A stretch of 64,000 bases of DNA from Guillardia theta CCMP2712. Its lineage: Eukaryota; Protista; Cryptophyta. Every line of letters begins with the position of its first letter. Position 1 is the first letter of the stretch. A model generated the notes under the pieces. That model made no database searches, was not told where the DNA came from, and saw nothing but the letters and a program-made list of their open reading frames with translations. Positions 57,204 to 64,000 of this stretch are shown here, in pieces. A program made the position numbers and the translations under genes. The stretch lies in the NCBI RefSeq assembly GCF_000315625.1, contig NW_005434538.1, positions 14,166 through 78,165 of the forward strand. Reading direction: 5' to 3'.

Positions 57204-58735
57204 CCTTCTCCTGGCCTCCACCATTGAAGCTACTGCCCCAGGGACAACAAGTAGAACTAGGGGAAAGAGTAGGAGAGTGTTGCTGTCCTTCCTGGCATGT
57301 TCTCAGTGTCCGATCATGCCGCCGGGCCCCGGGTTGACCTTGAAGTCAGTTGACCAGTATCTCCAATATAAATTTTACTCGCCGTACTGATCTTTCACTT
57401 AACTTTGAGTAAAGATATCCTTCTTTTACTCATTAAAGTTAAGCTTTATCACCAGTACTGCGCATCCAAGTAGTCGGAGCGCGGGGGAATTGTCCTGCGC
57501 GCAGTTAAGTGAAGGTATCAGTTAAGTTTGGAGGACAGCAGTTTGCAGGATTAGGTTTGGTTCTCGCTTGTCCTCGTACTGATGTTTACCTGGTTTTTTT
57601 TCCTCGACTCTCCTGATTTTTAAAACTTAATTGTCTTTGAGTAAAGAATCTCCTGATTGTCCTCGTACTGCTTTTTAACTTAACTTTGAGTGAAAGATTT
57701 TTAACTTAACTTGCCTTCAGTAAAGACGGAGCGCCGCCGGACCTCGGTCCGACCCGGCCCGGGAGGCACGGCAACGGGGCAACTCCGACATGCGACCTGA
57801 ATGCGTCATGCTCCGGGTCATGCAGCGGGTGATCTGGCGGGTTGAGCTTGCTAGCTGACATTCTCGGTGTAGTCAAGCTCACTGAAGGTCAATAGCTGTT
57901 ACTCATATAAAAGCTGTGAGTTTGTTGGGTAAGGATGTGGGTGGGGTGTAGAAGCTCACAAACACACATATTCTTCTTCCAAATACCATGAGGCGCTGAG
58001 AAATAACAACGCTTCAGGACTGGTACAGCGCAATTCCTTCGAGCGTGGGGTAAATCAAGGGGTAGGGGTGATGATGCACCCTTGGAATAACTTCCAAGTT
58101 CTGGTAAATGAGGGGGTAACCATGAAAAAAGTAAACGCGATTGACTGGTAGGGTCCAATTCGGAACATACCGAGATATGCCCCACCCCCTTAAAATCATA
58201 TTCTCACCTACCCCACCCTCCTTTATGGGGCAGTCGCTACAAAAGAACCCTCGCATGCCCTACCCCCGTAAACACAGCTCTTTAAAACACAATTGTTGTG
58301 TAAAATAAATACGTTTTAGTCATCATTTTTGACTACCCCTACCCTTCTAAGGAGACAACACGGGTGGTCCAGCAGCTCGCTTTCCCTCTACTTTTGACTA
58401 CCCCTTCCATCCTGTTTTATCACCCACCCGATACCCTGTTTAACCCCATGAAGTACTACCCCCACTTTCCCCAAGGAATACCCTCTTGAAAGTGTAGTAA
58501 AGATCACTCACCCACCCCCATCGCCCCTACCCAACCTTTCCCCCAAGACTCGTTCCACCCAGTCCTCTCTTCTCCCCAAAATCACCCAGACAACCATAGA
58601 GTACCCCTCATTTACTATGGTATTTGCGATCTCGTTGAGGGGTACTCCTGTACCCAGACCTTTCTACCCCCCTCATCATTCACTCCACCCACCCACCCCC
58701 TGTTGAAACTGGCCCCGAAACCGGGTTGATCAGGA

Positions 58736-60709
58736 ATGGCGGGTGACATGGAGGAGGAACGATGGAGAAAGAGTCGCCTACAAACAGCGTCATGGTTTCC
58801 TCCGCCGAACTCTTCTCTTTCTAGCTCGTACAACCCGATTCATCACTCGTCGTCTTCCCTGAGCTCGCTTCCAGACTCTTCGCAAACAGGATACGAAAGC
58901 TCATATCAACACGCACAGCAAAACCTAACCGGCACAGCCCCTGCTAGCAGCGAACAGTTTTCCTCTATCGATACTGCGCACTCGCACTTCTCCTTCTACC
59001 GTCCTTCTTCCTCGTCTTTTGATGCTGCTTGTAGCTCAGGTCCATGGGATGAATTCGAAAGCGCTAAAGCAGAACAAGCAGGTGTGCTTCAGTTTGATAT
59101 GCCGTTAACGCACAACGCTTCCTCTTTTGGATTCCTGGATGAGATTCCACAGCGGCAAAGCAACAGTTTCAACTTCGCACCGAGTGAAGCAAACAATTCA
59201 ACACTCAACACAAACTTTGGTTATACAGGAGCTAACAAGTCAATGGGGCCGAGTGCCAGCGCAGCAGAAGCCATCACGGACGAGGATAGGTGGTTTCTTG
59301 AACAGTCTGCAGCGTTGAAGAATCTCAACAGCAGTGCGGCAAAGCAGCTGGCAGAAGCATTCACTGTGAATGCAGCGCCGACTATGCCTGTCGATGCGTT
59401 TGTCGAAATGTCGTCTCCTAGCAATGCTTCCAGCTGCCCGTCACCGAAGCTTGAGATCATCGGAGACAGCCAAGGAGTTTACTTGCCATTTGATGAATCC
59501 TTGAATGTTGTTGCTACCAAGAAGCAAGCAAGGTCGAAGAGAGGGCAGTACACTTCGAACCCGTGTGCTGAATGCCGAATGAAGAAACGAAAGTGCACCA
59601 GCACAAGGCCTTGTGCGATGTGTATTGCATCTGGGAATGCAAGCAAGTGTGTCTCCTCGGACTCAGTGGGAAAGTCTTTTGTCGAAAGAATCATCTCAGG
59701 TTGTCGAGAAGTGAGGTTCGAGCACGACGACAGGATGATTTCAACATTGATGTCCTTAAAGAGCGCCGCGGAGCGGACGGGAGTGAACTTTGCCTTGTTA
59801 AGGATCATGTGGGAGCTTGGTCATGATCCCTCGGCGCTGATACAAGCGTTCAAGATGCTGCCAACGGACGTCAAGTCCGCTATAGATGAATCTGTCGATA
59901 CCATGCAGTCTGTTGTGCGCATGAAGCTGTCAGCGATGAATTTGCACACAGACCTTAACGTTGTACGTGATCAGCAGAACCTCGGAAGGGTGAACCTGTT
60001 TCAGATGCGTTCCAAACAAGCAGGTAGCATCAAGGACGATGAATTTTGTGATGGAAGGTGGGGACATGGACGTTGGATAACCATGTTCGTAGATCCAGAC
60101 ACCCTGATGCGAACTGGTTTCAAGCTCGGGAATGAGATTTGTGAGCTTTTTGGATATCACCCGGAAGAATTTGTGGCCAGACAATGCAATAACGAGCTGA
60201 ATCTGTTGATGAGCGAGTACGATCTACTGTGGGCCCTGCTCAACAACCTTCTGAACGTGCTTCATCCCACCGTCACGTGGTACTGGAGGATAGCCAAGCG
60301 GAACGCTACGTCGGAGCACGATGCTATCTTGTTCCTAAAGGTGACTGTGGAGAAGCACTTTGACTCTCTCAACAGACAAGTCGCCTTCACCGTCCTGTTT
60401 GACCCTGTCGATGAAGCTGAGTTCAGCAACTTCATGTCCAAGGTCCCTGGCATGGACGACCACTCGCAGTCTAGTATGGCTGATCACATGAAGGACGTGC
60501 AGTGTCGAGGGAAGATTGCCTACCTCCGCCGCTCGAGGACGAACGGATGCCAGAAGCTCTCTGCTCTTGCTTCAGGCTTACGAGAACGGGTCGCGCCGCT
60601 GGTTGGGATGCTGCATCCTTCGGACCCGAACAAGAATGTGCAGGAAGAGCTATCCCGCGTTCCCGAGGACACACCGAAGACTTTGAAATACTCTGCATGG
60701 AAGAGCTGA
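58736..60709 (+). CDS. Zn(II)2Cys6 binuclear-cluster transcription factor with PAS-like C-terminal region, intronless
   Basis: CAECRMKKRKCTSTRPCAMCIASGNASKC (59564-59650) fits C-x2-C-x6-C-x5-C-x2-C-x8-C. Downstream GNEICELFGYHPEEFVAR resembles a PAS core. Confidence 0.88.
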   Translation: MAGDMEEERWRKSRLQTASWFPPPNSSLSSSYNPIHHSSSSLSSLPDSSQTGYESSYQHAQQNLTGTAPASSEQFSSIDTAHSHFSFYRPSSSSFDAACSSGPWDEFESAKAEQAGVLQFDMPLTHNASSFGFLDEIPQRQSNSFNFAPSEANNSTLNTNFGYTGANKSMGPSASAAEAITDEDRWFLEQSAALKNLNSSAAKQLAEAFTVNAAPTMPVDAFVEMSSPSNASSCPSPKLEIIGDSQGVYLPFDESLNVVATKKQARSKRGQYTSNPCAECRMKKRKCTSTRPCAMCIASGNASKCVSSDSVGKSFVERIISGCREVRFEHDDRMISTLMSLKSAAERTGVNFALLRIMWELGHDPSALIQAFKMLPTDVKSAIDESVDTMQSVVRMKLSAMNLHTDLNVVRDQQNLGRVNLFQMRSKQAGSIKDDEFCDGRWGHGRWITMFVDPDTLMRTGFKLGNEICELFGYHPEEFVARQCNNELNLLMSEYDLLWALLNNLLNVLHPTVTWYWRIAKRNATSEHDAILFLKVTVEKHFDSLNRQVAFTVLFDPVDEAEFSNFMSKVPGMDDHSQSSMADHMKDVQCRGKIAYLRRSRTNGCQKLSALASGLRERVAPLVGMLHPSDPNKNVQEELSRVPEDTPKTLKYSAWKS

Positions 60710-60879
60710 AGCGATGTTGAAATGTAGATTGTTTTGTAGAGATGATTTAAACTTCTTGGAATTCATAAATGAACGTGGTTATCAACATGTCTAAGGATGT
60801 CCGAGGGGAGGGGGGAGGTGGGCAGGGGGCCCGTCAGCCTCTCGAGTGCTGCCCATGGCGTCGAGACAACTCCTGTCGT

Positions 60880-62934
60880 CTACCCCTCAAGTGCCCATAG
60901 CGTTGCAAAGGTCAGAAGGAAGGTGATGGTAACCGACGTGACAGCCCGGGGATAGCTGGAAGACATGACCCAACAGCTTTCATTCCTGCATCCCTTCACC
61001 CTCCTGGTGAGCGCCTGCTTGAGCGAGTCGAGCTTGTTCCCCGGTGAGGTACAGACCGACTGCACGAAGTTGTCTATGGAGGAGCAGCAGAAGTTGCACC
61101 CAACACCATCTTCTATCATGCACTCACCGTTTGTCTTCGTCGTCGCATACTGAGTGTATACTCCCTTCTTGAGCAGGCTGCCGGCGTCCAACGTCTGCCT
61201 GGTAAGCTCTGCCACCAGCCCTCCCGCCGACTTGCCCAACTGGAGGAGCTTCACTCCGTTGACCACCTTCATCTCGATCACGATGCTTCCAGGAGAGTAA
61301 GACAGGATCTGGAAGAAGCTCTTGTCCACTCCGAGAGCCGTGGAGAGGTCTTGCAAGACCTGATTCTCAAAGGCGACTTTGTCAACGATGTTGCAGTAGT
61401 TATCATCGAGAATCATCGTGTAAGGCGCCTCCTCGATCGAGAACGATGCCTTGTTCGTCCAAGGACAAGTGCTCGAGGTGTACTTGGTTGGCGTGTCTAA
61501 GCAGGTCTGGTAGGAGTAGGAGAGCGGCTGGACTCCTGTCTGGTTGCCAGCGGCGAGGATGCCAACAACAGAGAGAGTGACGTCTTGTAGCTTGCAAGTG
61601 TTGGGATCCACATAGCACCAAGCCTCGCAGCACCATGTCCCAGGAGCAGACTGCCAGCCAAATCACCTCCCTCGGTCTGTCTCGACCAGCAACTCGCACC
61701 TCAGGCCACATCTGCACGCACGTCTTCTTCTCCCCGCACGCATGCGAGGCGCAGTCACCGTCTTCCCATGCCTGCGGGCATCTGGTCAGAGGAGCGAGGC
61801 TCTGTCTCTGCAAGTCTCCGCGTCACCGCGCAGTAGCTGCCGTAGTTGGTCTGGACCCCCAGGGAGAGGAGAGTCTGACTCGCCCACGTCTGCCCAGTGC
61901 AGGGGCACGAGGGAGACTTGGAGGTACAAGAGATCAGGATCTGCTTTCTCGACTTGCCCAGGATGTGGGTCCCAGTCGGGACAGCCAGGTCAGTGATGGA
62001 CGCGTCGAAGTAGTCTGCTGATGTCAACGCGCCGCTCAGGGGAGGGAAAGTCCCCACCCCGAAGTTCCACGTCCCGCCCCTTGGACGAGCATGTCAGTGC
62101 CTATCGTTGGAGCTCATACCGGCCCATGCACCATGTAGTGTCGAAGTAGAGGTTCGCTCCCTCGGCATTCGCATAGTGCGGCTTCCTGATTGACTCCTTC
62201 AGTACATGCGTGCTCTGATCAGGACAGAGCACACTGCATCACCCGTTGTACGTGTCGGGGGTGCTGTAAACGCCGTTGCAGGTGCTGGTGGGATGCCCGG
62301 ACACCTCGACATTTTTGCACAGGGCCACAGAGCCAGTTCCTACGACGTTGACGCGGCTCTTGTCCACGCCTGCAGCAGCAGCTACTTCCTCTACCAGCGC
62401 CGCCAAGTCCTGTTGCCTGATCTTGCTTTGATCGAGAACCGTGGAGATGGCAACCTGCGAGATCGATCCTCCGTCCCTGATGATATCAACAGCTCCGCTG
62501 GTCAACCGGTAGAGCGGGGTTGTGCTGAGCTTCGTGCATTCCTGGTCACAGGAGCATCCCTTGTCTGTCGCAAGCCCCTTGGCAACAGCCTCCAACCATG
62601 AGCACAGTGGTTCGCATGAGGCGAAGGAGTTGGAGGAGCCAGGACAAGCGGCTTCGTATCTGGGCGTGCATTGACCCCCGTATGCCGTGTAGTCCCCAAC
62701 CTTTCCGGCAACAGATCCTTGCTTCATCCTCAAGACCCCCTTGTGCGTCGCGATTGCGATGTCCTTTTCTTGGGGCAGGGCCGGGTCGAAGCAACCTTTC
62801 CCTGTCACAGTGTAGGGGTGCGAGCAAGGAGGAAGCGCGGGCATGGTGAAGGAGTAGTCAAGGCACTTGAGAACTCCCTCCCCTCCCCCCATCAAACTCG
62901 CTGCCACCACCACCACTAGCACTCGTGCTGCCAT
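60880..62934 (-). CDS. Secreted or cell-surface Cys-rich protein with SEA-like modules and hydrophobic (GPI-like) C-terminus, multi-exon
   Basis: Signal peptide MAARVLVVVVAASLMGGGEG. Internal segments VAAAAGVDKSRVNVV and LSTALGVDKSFFQILSYSPGSIVIEM. C-terminus AVTSVTITFLLTFATLWALEG. Confidence 0.65.
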
Positions 62935-62986
62935 GCTAACGAGTATGCTCGGGTTGAGTCAAGTTTTGTACCGCCCTACCAAGTTC

Positions 62987-64000
62987 TCAAAATTTGACTA
63001 GACCCGTCACGGTGCGCTGGACCGTTGAGTGAGTCACTCCGATGACGACCAGACTCGCGCGGCAGAGGGCGGCACCAGACCTGGCGTCAGTCCTCTGTCC
63101 AACAGCAACCGGCCTCGTCCCCTTGGCAAGATCATGGTTCTCCACCACGGGCCTCAGGTTGTTGAAGAGGTCCTTGATGGGCACCAAGAAGGTGGCGGCA
63201 CACTTGCTCGGCGTCTCGTTAGCGGTGTAGGAGGCGGAGCAGGCCTGAGTGTTGAAGGACTGGTAGAAGTCTAGCACCGTCTGAGTGACGAGGAAGAAGT
63301 CTAGCACCGTCTGAGTGACGAGGAAGAAGTCTAGCACCGTCTGAGTGACGAGGAAGAAGTCTAACACCGTCTGAGTGACGAGGGCCTGGTTGGATATGCT
63401 GTAGACCGCAGGGTTGTAGAGGAAGCGCTGGTCGATGTAAACCCCCGCCGCATTGCAATTTGCCGCCTGAATGCCCTGGATGAAGTCCGCCACTCTGATG
63501 CAGAGGTTGTTCATCATGATGCCCTTGTTGGGGGCGTCGCTGGTGACGGCCTTGCAGGAAGGGAAGCGCTGGGCGGGGTCTAGCCAGTTCTGCTTCGAGA
63601 TGGACCCGAAGCACTCGCGGTTGTACTCCCCGGTCTGCTCCCCGGTGGTCAGGTTGCGCTGTGTCTCCGTGCAATACACCCACTTGCGCAACCAGAACTC
63701 GTTGTCGTTGACCCCGTCGGGCATGGGAGGGATCACACTCCTTGCCGAGAGGGGGGAGTTGAAGAGCGAGGCGACGTCGCGGAGGTAGCCGGTCAGGAAG
63801 GTGTCGACCTTCCAGCTGTGCGTGTTCTTCTTGCCCGACAGGAGCCCACAGCTGGCGGAGTTGCCGCACACGGGGACAATAGCGGCGGTGAATGTCTGCG
63901 CCGAGGGCCTGTCCGTGAACTTCTCCATGGTGGGCGTCTTCTGGCACTGGGAGAATCTCCTCCGGAAGTTGCCGTCCATCTGCGGGTAGAAGACCAAGGA
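62987..64000 (-). CDS. Partial Cys-containing hypothetical protein (5' end outside window) with 10-aa tandem repeat
   Basis: The frame is open to the window edge, with strong third-position GC bias. LVTQTVLDF(F) occurs four times. Confidence 0.6.
   Translation of the reverse strand, partial: SLVFYPQMDGNFRRRFSQCQKTPTMEKFTDRPSAQTFTAAIVPVCGNSASCGLLSGKKNTHSWKVDTFLTGYLRDVASLFNSPLSARSVIPPMPDGVNDNEFWLRKWVYCTETQRNLTTGEQTGEYNRECFGSISKQNWLDPAQRFPSCKAVTSDAPNKGIMMNNLCIRVADFIQGIQAANCNAAGVYIDQRFLYNPAVYSISNQALVTQTVLDFFLVTQTVLDFFLVTQTVLDFFLVTQTVLDFYQSFNTQACSASYTANETPSKCAATFLVPIKDLFNNLRPVVENHDLAKGTRPVAVGQRTDARSGAALCRASLVVIGVTHSTVQRTVTGLVKF
63265..63382. repeat. 30-bp in-frame tandem repeat x4
   Basis: Units of AGAAGTCTAGCACCGTCTGAGTGACGAGGA. 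Confidence 0.95.

Overview
Eukaryotic nuclear scaffold with four N-gaps. Short 42-110 nt GT-AG introns, microsatellite-filled introns, a bipartite plastid leader and a Zn2Cys6 factor suggest a cryptophyte such as Guillardia; that assignment is inference. The dominant feature is a >=10.2 kb locus present twice in inverted, tail-to-tail orientation (1-10226 on +, 37347-47627 on -). Each copy encodes a caspase-like C14 peptidase with an intact His-Cys dyad. This is followed by a spliced giant GREB1-type protein: a circularly permuted SF2 helicase (motifs II-VI precede the Walker A), a TAGT/base-J-glucosyltransferase-like GT-A domain and a probable C-terminal RAMA domain. The two copies differ mainly in discrete hypervariable patches. 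This is the best candidate for an undescribed system, possibly a nucleic-acid-sensing or nucleic-acid-modifying defence module coupled to a protease. Other genes are an mL80-like small protein, a tandem-PDZ protein, a full-size ABCG/PDR transporter, a MAP2K-like pseudokinase, a kinesin-10/KIF22-like motor with a degenerate switch I, an AAAP-like transporter, a plastid-targeted MATE, a Zn2Cys6 transcription factor with a PAS-like region and Cys-rich surface proteins. A possible Copia relic and several repeats are also present. All family calls come from motif recognition by eye; no searches were run.
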